From the NCBI RefSeq assembly GCF_964213995.1, contig NW_027590144.1, positions 930,001 through 994,000 of the forward strand: 64,000 nucleotides of DNA. Reading direction: 5' to 3'. Each line of letters opens with the position of its first letter. Position 1 is the first letter of the stretch. The notes under the pieces are model-generated. The model did no database searches, had not been told where the DNA came from, and saw only the letters and a program-made list of their open reading frames with translations. The translations under genes were made by a program, and so were the position numbers. This stretch comes from Mustelus asterias. Lineage: Eukaryota. Below, piece after piece: positions 34,627 to 44,289 of this stretch.

Positions 34627-37600
34627 TTGGGGGGAGGGGAGCTAGAAGAGTTGACTAGGATCAAGGAACTAATTGATGGGGGGGAGGATGCAGGGGTAAG
34701 GGGAAGTACAAAAATAATGGTAGAGGAGAGGGTGCAAGTGAATGAAGGCGGTAATTTAGGTAAGGGAGGAGAGGGAGTGGGTGTTCGCGACTCATCAAAG
34801 CGGGTCCAGATAAAAGCTGGAGTAAGGACACTTTGCCTGAATGCACGAAGCATTCGGAACAAGGTAAATGAGTTGATGGTGCAAATCAGCACAAGTGGGT
34901 ACGATCTGGTGGCCATTACAGAAACGTGGCTGAAAGGTGACCAGAACTGGGAGATGAATATCCAGGGGTATCAGGCGTTTAGGAAGGATAGACAGGAAGG
35001 AAAAGGTGGTGGGGTCGCGCTATTAATAAGAGATAATATCAGGGTAGTACTGAGGGATGGCATAGGCTCTGAGGAACAAAACGTGGAATCATTATGGGTA
35101 GAGATGAGGAATAGTAGGGGGAGAAAGACACTAGTAGGTGTGGTATATAGGCCTCCAAATAATAATGTTGAGGTAGGGAGGGCTATAAACAAGCAGATAA
35201 GGGATGCGTGTAAAAACGGAACGGCAATAATCATGGGGGACTTCAACATGCACATTGACTGGCAGACTCAAGTCGGTAAGGGTGGAATGGAGGAAGAGTT
35301 CTTAGAATGCTGTCGGGATAGTTTCCTTGAACAGCATGTTACGGAACCGACGAGGGAACGAGCTATTTTGGATCTGGTATTGTGTAACGAGGTAGGTAGA
35401 ATTAAGGATCTTATTGTGAAGGACCCTCTTGGGTCTAGTGACCACAATATGGTCGAATTTCTGATTCAGATGGAAGAGGAGAAAGTTTGGTCCCAAACCA
35501 GTGTCCTCTGTTTGAACAGAGGGAAATATGATAGGATGAGGGATGAATTGGCTAAGGTAGACTGGGAGAGCAGGCTGGCAGGTAGGATAGCTGAGGAACA
35601 GTGGAGGATTTTTAAGGAGATCCTTCTCAGTTCTCAGCAAAAACATATTCCAGCAAAAAACAAGGATTGTAAGAAAAGGGAGAACCAGCCGTGGATAACG
35701 AAGGAAATAAAGGAGAGTATTAAAATAAAAACAGCTGCGTACAGAGTGGCCAAAAATAGTGGAGAAACAAGTGATTGGGAAAAATTTCAGAAACAACAAA
35801 GAGAGACTAAGAAAGCGATAAAGAAAGGAAGGATAGACTATGAAGCTAGGCTAGCAATTAATATAAAAAATGATAGTAAAAGTTTTTATAAATATATAAA
35901 AAGGAATAGAGTGGCTAGAGTGAATGTTGGACCCTTGGAGGACGAGAGGGGGGAGTTAATAGTGGGAAATGAGGATATGGCTGAGTCTTTAAATAAGTTT
36001 TTTGTGTCGGTCTTCACGGTGGAGGACACAAATAGTTTGCCAAACATTAACGATAGAGGGTTGGCAGCAGGAGAAATACTTAATACAATTAATGTTACCA
36101 GAGAGGCAGTGCTGGGTAGACTAATGGGACTGAAGGTGGACAAGTCCCCGGGTCCGGATGGAATGCATCCCAGGGTATTGAAAGAAATGTCAGAGGTAAT
36201 AGTGGATGCGTTAGTGATTATTTATCAAAACTCGTTGCATTCTGGGGTAGTGCCGGTTGATTGGAAAACGGCTAATGTTACGCCGCTGTTTAAAAAAGGA
36301 AGGAGACAAAAGGCGGGTAACTATAGGCCGGTCAGCTTAACATCTGCAGTAGGGAAAATGCTGGAATCCATTATTAAAGAGGAGATAGCAGGGCATCTGG
36401 ATAGAAATGATTCGATCAATCAGACGCAGCATGGATTCATGAGGGGAAAGGCGTGCTTGACGCACATGTTGGATTTTTATGAAGATGTGACTAGGGCGGT
36501 TGATGGAGGAGAACCGGTGGATGCGGTGTTTTTGGATTTCCAAAAGGCGTTTGATAAGGTGCCCCATAAAAGGCTGCTGAAGAAGATTAGGGCACACGGA
36601 GTTGGGTGTAGTGTGTTAAAGTGGATTGGGGACTGGCTATCCGACAGGAAGCAAATAGTCGGAATAAATGGGTGTTTTTCCGGTTGGAGGAAGGTAACTA
36701 GTGGCGTGCCGCAGGGATCGGTACTCGGGCCGCAACTGTTTACCATTTATATGGATGATCTGGAGGAGGGGACGGACTGTAGGGTAACGAAGTTTGCAGA
36801 CGACACAAAGATAAGTGGAAAAGTGAATCGTGTGGAGGACGGAGAAGATCTGCAGAGAGATTTGGACAGGCTGAGTGAGTGGGCGAGGATATGGCAAATG
36901 GAGTATAACGTTGAGAAATGCGAGGTTATACACTTTGGAGGAAATAATAACAAAAGGGATTATTATCTCAATGGAAACAAATTAAAACATGCTACCGTGC
37001 AAAGGGACCTGGGGGTCCTTGTGCATGAGACGCAAAAGCCCAGTCTGCAGGTACAACAGGTGATCAAGAAGGCAAATGGGATGTTGGCCTATATCGCGAG
37101 GGGGATAGAATATAAAAGCAGGGATGTCTTGATGCACCTGTACAGGGCATTGGTGAGGCCGCAGCTGGAATACTGTGTGCAGTATTGGTCCCCTTATATG
37201 AGGAAGGATATATTGGCATTGGAGGGAGTGCAGAGAAGGTTCACCAGGTTGATACCGGAGATGAGGGGTTTGGATTATGAGGAGAGGCTGAGGAGATTGG
37301 GTTTGTCCTCGTTGGAGTTTAGAAGGATGAGGGGGGATCTTATGGAGACTTATAAGATAATGCGGGGGCTGGATAGGGTGGAGGCGGAGAGATTCTTTCC
37401 ACTTAGTAAGGAAGTTAAAACTAGAGGACACAGCCTCAAAATAAAGGGGGGTCGGTTTAAGACAGAGTTGAGGAGGAACTTCTTCTCCCAGAGGGTGGTG
37501 AATCTCTGGAATTCTCTGCCCACTGAGGTGGTGGAGGCTACCTCGCTGAATATGTTTAAAGCGCGGATGGATGGATTCCTGATCGGTAAGGGAATTAAGG

Positions 37601-37632
37601 GTTATGGGGATCAGGCGGGTAAGTGGTACTGA
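34627..37632 (+). CDS. CR1 ORF2: APE endonuclease + reverse transcriptase
   Basis: 1001-aa open frame; NARS, ITETW, GDFN, SDH, DFQKAFD, GVPQGS, FADD. Confidence 0.96.
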   Translation: MGGGELEELTRIKELIDGGEDAGVRGSTKIMVEERVQVNEGGNLGKGGEGVGVRDSSKRVQIKAGVRTLCLNARSIRNKVNELMVQISTSGYDLVAITETWLKGDQNWEMNIQGYQAFRKDRQEGKGGGVALLIRDNIRVVLRDGIGSEEQNVESLWVEMRNSRGRKTLVGVVYRPPNNNVEVGRAINKQIRDACKNGTAIIMGDFNMHIDWQTQVGKGGMEEEFLECCRDSFLEQHVTEPTRERAILDLVLCNEVGRIKDLIVKDPLGSSDHNMVEFLIQMEEEKVWSQTSVLCLNRGKYDRMRDELAKVDWESRLAGRIAEEQWRIFKEILLSSQQKHIPAKNKDCKKRENQPWITKEIKESIKIKTAAYRVAKNSGETSDWEKFQKQQRETKKAIKKGRIDYEARLAINIKNDSKSFYKYIKRNRVARVNVGPLEDERGELIVGNEDMAESLNKFFVSVFTVEDTNSLPNINDRGLAAGEILNTINVTREAVLGRLMGLKVDKSPGPDGMHPRVLKEMSEVIVDALVIIYQNSLHSGVVPVDWKTANVTPLFKKGRRQKAGNYRPVSLTSAVGKMLESIIKEEIAGHLDRNDSINQTQHGFMRGKACLTHMLDFYEDVTRAVDGGEPVDAVFLDFQKAFDKVPHKRLLKKIRAHGVGCSVLKWIGDWLSDRKQIVGINGCFSGWRKVTSGVPQGSVLGPQLFTIYMDDLEEGTDCRVTKFADDTKISGKVNRVEDGEDLQRDLDRLSEWARIWQMEYNVEKCEVIHFGGNNNKRDYYLNGNKLKHATVQRDLGVLVHETQKPSLQVQQVIKKANGMLAYIARGIEYKSRDVLMHLYRALVRPQLEYCVQYWSPYMRKDILALEGVQRRFTRLIPEMRGLDYEERLRRLGLSSLEFRRMRGDLMETYKIMRGLDRVEAERFFPLSKEVKTRGHSLKIKGGRFKTELRRNFFSQRVVNLWNSLPTEVVEATSLNMFKARMDGFLIGKGIKGYGDQAGKWY

Positions 37633-37971
37633 TCCACGTCAGATCAGCCATGATCTTATTGAATGGCGGGGCAGGCTCGAGGGGCTAGATGGCCTACTCC
37701 TGCTCCTGTTTCTTATGTTCTTATTTGCGGGGGAGGTGGTGGGTGCCTGGAACACGCCGCTGTTTTGGAAGCATGCACATTAGCAACATTTAAGAGGCGT
37801 CTGGATGGGTACCTGCAGGGAGTTTGTCTGCAACCCAGCCGGGAAAGTTTCCATTCATTAAGATGCAGCTCACCCCCGACAGGCTTCAGAGGACCGAGGT
37901 TTGTTGACGGTGGGAATGAGAAGGTCTGGTTGGAACTATGGTTCTGTGCTTTGTCTCTGTTCTATTTACAT

Positions 37972-39475
37972 TAGAACATAAGAACATAGAAACATAGAAA
38001 CATCGAAAAACTGCAGCACAAACAGGCCCTTCGGCCCACAAGTTGTGCCGAACACGTACCTACCTTCTCGACCTACCTATAACCCTCCATCCTATTAAGC
38101 TCCATGTACTCATCCAGGAGTCTCATAAAAGACCCTATTGAGTTCTCCTCCACCACCACTGACGGCAGCCGATTCCACTCGCCCACCTCCCTCTGTGTGA
38201 AAAACTTATCCCTAACATCTCCCCTGTACATGCCCCCCAGCACCTTAAACCTGTGTCCTCGCGTAGCAGACATTTCCAACCTGGGAAAAAGCCTCCGAGA
38301 GTCCATCCGATCTATGCCTCTCAACATCTTATATACCTCTATTAGGTCTCCTCGCATCCTTCGTCTCTCCAAGGAGAAAAGACCGAGCTCCCTCAGACTA
38401 TCCTCATAAGGCATGCCACTCAATCCAGGCAACATCCTTGTAAATCTCCTCTGCACCCTTTCAATCTTTTCCACATCTTTCCTATAGTGAGGCGAACGGA
38501 ACTGAGCACAGTACTCCAAGGGTCTGACGAGGGTCTTATATAGCTGCATCATTATCCCCGGACTCCGAATTCAATCCCTCGATTGATAAAGGCCAGCACA
38601 CCATACGCCTTCTGAACCATCTCTTCCACCTGCGGGGCCGATTTTAGAGTCCTATGGACCCGGACCCCAAGGTCCTTCTGATCCTCTACAGTACTAAGAG
38701 TCTTTCCCTTTATATTGTACTCCTTCATCCCATTTGACCTACCAAAATGGACCACGATGCATTTATCTGGGTTGAAGTCCATCTGCCACTTGTCCTCCCA
38801 GTCTTGCATCCTATCTATGTCCCTCTGTAACTTCTGACATCCCTCCAGACTATCCACAACCCCACCAACCTTCGTGTCGTCGGCAATCTTACCAACCCAT
38901 CCCTCCGCTTCCTCATCCAGGTCATTTATGAAAATGACAAACAGCAAGGGTCCCAGAACAGATCCCTGAGGCACACCACTGGTGACTGACCTCCATTTAG
39001 AAAAAGACCCATATATACCCACTCTCTGCCTCCTTTGGGCAAGCCAGTTCTGGATCCACCGGGCAGCAGTTCCTAGGATCCCATGCCCTGTTTCTTTTTC
39101 TAGAACCCTTGCATGGGGGACCTTGTCGAATGCCTTGCTAAAATCCATATAAACCGCATCTACCGCCTTCCCTTCGTCAATGTGTTTAGTCACATTTTCG
39201 AAGAACTCCACTCGGCTCGTAAGGCACGATCTGCCCTTGACAAAGCCATGCTGAGTTTTCTTGAGCATACTAAACCTCTCTAAATGCTCATCTATCCTGT
39301 CCCTCAGGATCTTCTCCATCAGTTTACCAACCACTGAGGTTAGACTCACCGGTCGGTAATTACCTGGGCTATCCCTATTCCCCTTCTTGAAAATAAGAAC
39401 CACATCCGCAATCCTCCAATCCTCCGGCACCTCTCCCGTCTCCATCGACGATGCAAAGATCACCGCCATGATCTT
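37972..39475 (-). mobile_element. 5'-truncated CR1 LINE
   Basis: RT ORFs 38552-39484 and 38073-38552; tail tagaacataagaacatagaaacat. Confidence 0.92.
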
Positions 39476-39477
39476 TA

Positions 39478-40200
39478 CGAACATAGGAACTAGGAGCAGG
39501 GGTGGTCCATCTGGCCCCTTGAGCCTGCTCCGCCATTCAATAAGATCATGGCTGATCTTTTTGTGGACTCAGCTCTACTTAATAGCCCGCTCGCCATCAC
39601 CCTTAATTCCTTTACTGTTCAAAAAATTATCTATCCTTGCTTAAAAACCTTCAATGAGGTAACGTCAACTGCTTCACTGGGCAGGGAATTCCACAGGTTG
39701 ACCACCCTTTGTGTGAAGAAGTTCGTCCTCAACTCAGTCCTATATTTGTTTCCCCTTATTTTGAGGCTATGCCCCCTAGTTCTAGTTTCACCCGCCAGTG
39801 GAAACAACTTCCCTGCTTCTATCCTATCTGTCCCCTTCTTAATCTTATATGTTTCTATAAGATCTCCCCTCATTCTTCTGAATTCCAATGAGTACAGCCC
39901 CAGTCTACTCAGTCTCTCCTCATAAGCCAACCCTCTCAACTCCGGAATCAGCCTTGTGAATCTCCTCTGCAACCCATCCAGTGCCAGTATATCTTTTCTC
40001 AAGTAAGGCGACCAAAAGTGTACACAGTACTCCAGGTGTGGCCTCACCAGCACCTTATACAGCTGCAACATAATTTTTAACTCCATCCCTCTCGCAATGA
40101 AGGACAAAATTCCATTTGCCTTCTTTATTACCTGCTGCACCTGCAGACCAACTCCTTGAGATACCTGCACAAAGGCACCTAGGTCCCTCTGTACAGCAGA
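39478..40200 (-). mobile_element. CR1 3' fragment (copy-2-like subfamily)
   Basis: VQRDLG...LQVQQVIKKANG...RPHLEYC and 3'UTR. Confidence 0.9.
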
Positions 40201-40372
40201 GTTTGTGTAGTTTGTGTTCTCAGCCACTCGTGGAACTGTTGAGTGACAGTTTGATCCGAGGTTAATCTGGTTTTTTCTCACTGTGTTTTAACGGCTGACG
40301 GCGGAGCTGTTCTCTGTTGCTGAAACATCCCGCGATTCCGAAGAACCCGCAGCAGATGGAGCTCTTATCTAG

Positions 40373-40411
40373 AGCTTCTGTAGCGCGGTGAGACTGTATT
40401 TTATCACTGTG
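40373..40411 (-). other. 23-RSS of V6
   Basis: CACAGTG + 23 bp + ACAGAAGCT. Confidence 0.85.
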
Positions 40412-40869
40412 AGTCTGAAAGCGCAGTAATACACAGCAATGTCACTCAGCTGCAGACCCAAGATGGTTAAACTGGTGACTTTATTCTCGGTCAGGAGATT
40501 AGCAGAGAAACGGATCTTAGTAACTCTGCTTTATATTCAAAGCCTCCGGAGCTTTTCCACACTATAAACTCAGGCTGATTATCAGTGCACTGTCGGTACC
40601 AGTATAATCTATAGCTTCTTTCTGTTGTATCATAAGTACAGGTCAATGCCACCGCTTCTCCTTCTGTTTTAATATGTGCGGGGCGCCGCTAGGTGACAGA
40701 ATCCGCATTAGTCAGATCTGAAAAAGGTGATCACATAGTAATAGGCCAGGCCAGAGCGTGGAAAGATTTCAACCCTGCTTGACAAATGAGAGAAAAAACG
40801 AAATGCACTTAATCCCAAATTACCTGCCAGAAATGCTACCCACACAACCCAGATGCTGAGCAGCCGCAT
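40412..40869 (-). pseudogene. TCR alpha/delta V pseudogene (V6), paralog of V5
   Basis: Leader MRLLSIWVVWVAFLA (40869-40824); V exon from 40717 with DSVT* (TAG 40689-40691) and a 1-bp frameshift near 40520; ends DIAVYYCAFR. Confidence 0.92.
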
Positions 40870-41111
40870 TGTCTCTGTCAGCTCGACAAAAGGGAGCTGG
40901 CAATTTGGTAGAATCTGTTCTAAATCCCGTCCCCACTTATCCGCCGAGTATCGGGATGTCAACATTTCACTTCCTGTATCGCTGGGGGCGCTGTGAGACT
41001 GGCGGTCGTGAGTCAGTTATGAATAATTTGAAACCCGTGTTGCATGACGGTCGTCACCCGTTCTGTGTTTGTGACTCCGGAATGAAAGAACAGCGTGACT
41101 CTGTTTCGGTA

Positions 41112-41471
41112 TATTCATTTGTGGGACATGGGCGTCGCTGACTGGCCAGCATTTACTGCCTATCCCTAGTTGCCCGATGGAAGTTGAGAGTCAATCACTT
41201 TGCTCTGATTCTGGAGTCCCATGTTGGCCAGACCAGGTAAGGATGGCAGATTTCCTTCCCTAAAGAACACTAGTGAACCAGATGGGGTTATCAGACAATC
41301 GGAAATGGTTTAATAGTCATCAGTAGGTTCTTAATTCCCGATATTCTTTTATAAAGTTTAATTTAATCCAGATTTTTTTCATTGAATTCTAATTCCATCA
41401 CCTGCCTTGGCGGGATTAGCTGAATTTCTGGATCAAGAGTCCAGCGGTAACACCACTCGGCCATCGCCTCC
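41112..41471 (-). mobile_element. tRNA-headed SINE related to the 8916-12177 LINE
   Basis: Head GGAGGCGATGGCCGAGTGG (A box), core ggcagatttccttccctaaag, LINE-type 3' end. Confidence 0.85.
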
Positions 41472-41845
41472 ACGATGTTAAACACTGTCTGGTTACATTG
41501 AGTCCATAGCTCGAGTTTTGGTTTTATTCTGGGCCAACTTGTACTCTTGAGTTCCCTTAGCTCCCTTGCAGAGACTGGTGAATCCCCTTCAAAGTTAAAG
41601 CTTTTTGTTCACACTTTCAAGGGACTTCAACGTCGCAACCGATGCTGGAATATGTTGCCCTACTTGATCTCGGGCAGGAATAAGCGAGCTTCCATTTTAC
41701 ACAGTTGCAATCTTGTTAGGGATCTTGAAGATGGTGTGATTCCCATGCCCCTATTGTGCTTCTCTTCGGGCGGTAGGGGTCGCGGGTTTGGAAGCTGCTG
41801 TCGAAGTGCATTCTAGAATCAGAGCAAAGTGATTGACTCTCAACT

Positions 41846-42025
41846 TCTGGCCTGGCCTATTACTATGTGATCACCTTTTTCAGATCTGACTAATGCGGAT
41901 TCTGTCACCTAGCGGCGCCCCGCACATATTAAAACAGAAGGAGAAGCGGTGGCATTGACCTGTACTTATGATACAACAGAAAGAAGCTATAGATTATACT
42001 GGTACCGACAGTGCACTGATAATCA
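41846..42025 (+). pseudogene. Inverted partial duplicate of V6 (intron end to FR2)
   Basis: Reverse complement of 40576-40755, including the same TAG. Confidence 0.9.
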
Positions 42026-42029
42026 CCCT

Positions 42030-43505
42030 ATGTGTGAAAAGAATTACCCTCTGGACCCTCTCCCCTCTCACCTTAAACCTATGTCTTCTAGTTTTAGACT
42101 CCCCTCCCTTTTGGAAAAGATGTTGACGAGCTTATCAAAGAACAAAGAGAATTACAGCACAGGAACAGGCCCTTCGGCCCTCCAAGCCTGCACCAACCAT
42201 GCTGCCCGACTGATCTAAAACCCCCTACCCTTCTGGGGACCATATCCCTCTATTCCCATCCTATTCATGTATTTGTCCAGACGTTCCGTAAAACTCACTA
42301 TCGTATCTGCTTCCACTACCTCCCCTGGCAGCGAGTTCCAGGCACCCACCACCCTCTGTGTAAAAAAACTTGCCTTGTAAATCTCCTTTAAACCTTGCCC
42401 CTCACACCTTAAACCTATGCCCCCTAGATTTTGAATCTTCCACCCTGGTAAAAAGCTTCTGACTATCCACTCTGTCCATGCCCCTCATAATCTGGTAGAA
42501 TTCTATCAGGTCATCCCTCAACCTCCGTCGTTCCAGTGAGAACAAACCAAGTTTCTCCAATCTCTCCTCAGAGCTAATGCCCTCCATACCAGGCAACATC
42601 CTGGTAAATCTTTTCTGAACCCTCTCCAAATTCTCCACATCTTTCTGGTCGTGTGTCGATCAGAATTGAACACTATATTCCAAGTGCGGCCTAACTAAGG
42701 TTCTATAAAGCTGCTATATCCATGCCCTCATTATTTTAGAGACCTCTAGAAGAACACCACTAAGCCAACTCAAGGGAAAAAAAGTCCCAGAGTATCCAGC
42801 CTCTCATTATAACTCAAACCATCAGGACCCCTTGGCATCCCAGTAATTCTTTTCTGCACACTTTCCAGCTTAATCATCTCCTTTCTATAAGGGTGACCAG
42901 AACAATACACAGCATTCCAAGTGTGGTCTTACCAATGTCTTGTACAACTCCAACAAGACGTCCCAACTCCTGTATTCCATGTTCTGACCAATGAAACCAA
43001 GCATGTGGAATGCCTTCTTCACCACTATATCCACCTGTGACCCCACTTTCAAGGAGCTATCAATCTGTACCCCGAGATCCCTTTGTTCTGTAACTCTCAC
43101 CAACACCCTACCATTAACTGAGTAAGTCCTGTGTTGGTTCGATCCACCAAAATGTATCACCTTGCATTTATCTAAATTAAACTCCATCTGCCATTCAACA
43201 GCCCACTGGCCCAATTGATCAAGATCCCATTGCAACCCGAGATAACCTTCTTCACTGTCCACTATGCCACAAATCTTGGTGTCAACTGTAAACTTACAAA
43301 CCATGCCTCCTAAATTCTCATCCAAATCATTAATATAGATGACCAATAACAGTGGACCCAGCACCGATCCCTGAGGCACCCCGCTGGTCACAGGCCTCCA
43401 GTTTGACCAAAAAAACAACCCTCTACAACCACCCTCTGTCTTCTGTCATCAAGCCTATTTTATATCCATTTGGCTACCTCACCCTGGATCCCGTGAGATT
43501 TAACC
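42030..43505 (-). mobile_element. Nested CR1 fragments
   Basis: ORFs 42402-42638 and 42885-43418; an inner element at about 42138-42715 has its own tail. Confidence 0.85.
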
Positions 43506-44289
43506 AAATTCTTTCTGCTTTTGTTTTTAAATGTTTACATTTTTAAACACTGAAACCTCTTGCCCTTGTTGGGAATATCAGTGCGGTTTGAGAAAAGCAA
43601 ACACTGATCCCACACTCAACACCCCCCAACACAGGACTGAGCAGAGAGTGTGAAATGTGACTGGTGTGAGTGTGGATTGTCTTTTAAAAGTGGGTAAGAA
43701 ACACTCCTCCATTTTCAAATCTTTACCTTGCTTATGTAGCGTCTTGGACTCCCCTGACACTCACTATCCATCTGAATTAATCTCTATTCCTCACTGTCTA
43801 ACTGTTACTCTCTGCATTGCTCCCTCTCCCTATCTCTCTGTTACTCTGCATCGCTCCATCTCTCTCTCTTCCTCTCTCTCTCTCCCTCTCTATCCCTCTC
43901 ATCCACCATGTTGTTTACCGTTAAGGGGTCTAATCACGGAGAATTCAAACACTCTTTCTGTTTCTGTCTTGGCAGAATTAGCAACATGAGTGCAAATTTC
44001 AAGACTGGATTCACACAACACAGACAGAACGCTGGTGAGCTCAGTACACGTGGTACCTGAATGTTACAATAAGATAGAATCTGTATTCAGACAACTGTCA
44101 CCCCACAGGGTCCAAACTTCACCGTGTTAATTTGATTTGATTTGATTGATTTGTATTGGGATGCAGTGAAAAGTATTGTTTCTTGTGCGCTATACAGACA
44201 AAACATTCTGTACATAGAGTACACAGGGAGAAGGAGAGGAAAGGGTGCAGAATATAGTGTTGCAGTTACCGATAGACTGTAGAAAAAGA

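Larger units (their letters stand above)
33368..37722 (+). mobile_element. Full-length CR1 LINE (copy 2) inserted in an older CR1 fragment (about 33150-33367 and 37723-37812)
   Basis: 5'UTR, ORF1, ORF2 and tail ttcttatgttctt; 5-bp TSD ATTTG at 33363-33367 and 37723-37727. Confidence 0.95.

Noticed and set aside
19061-42025. IgH, IgNAR or NAR-TCR identity; D/J/C segments
   Set aside because: No octamer promoters, 12-RSSs, FGxG/WGxG J motifs or C1 exons noticed, and no leaderless supporting-V arrangement; a manual search could miss short D/J segments.
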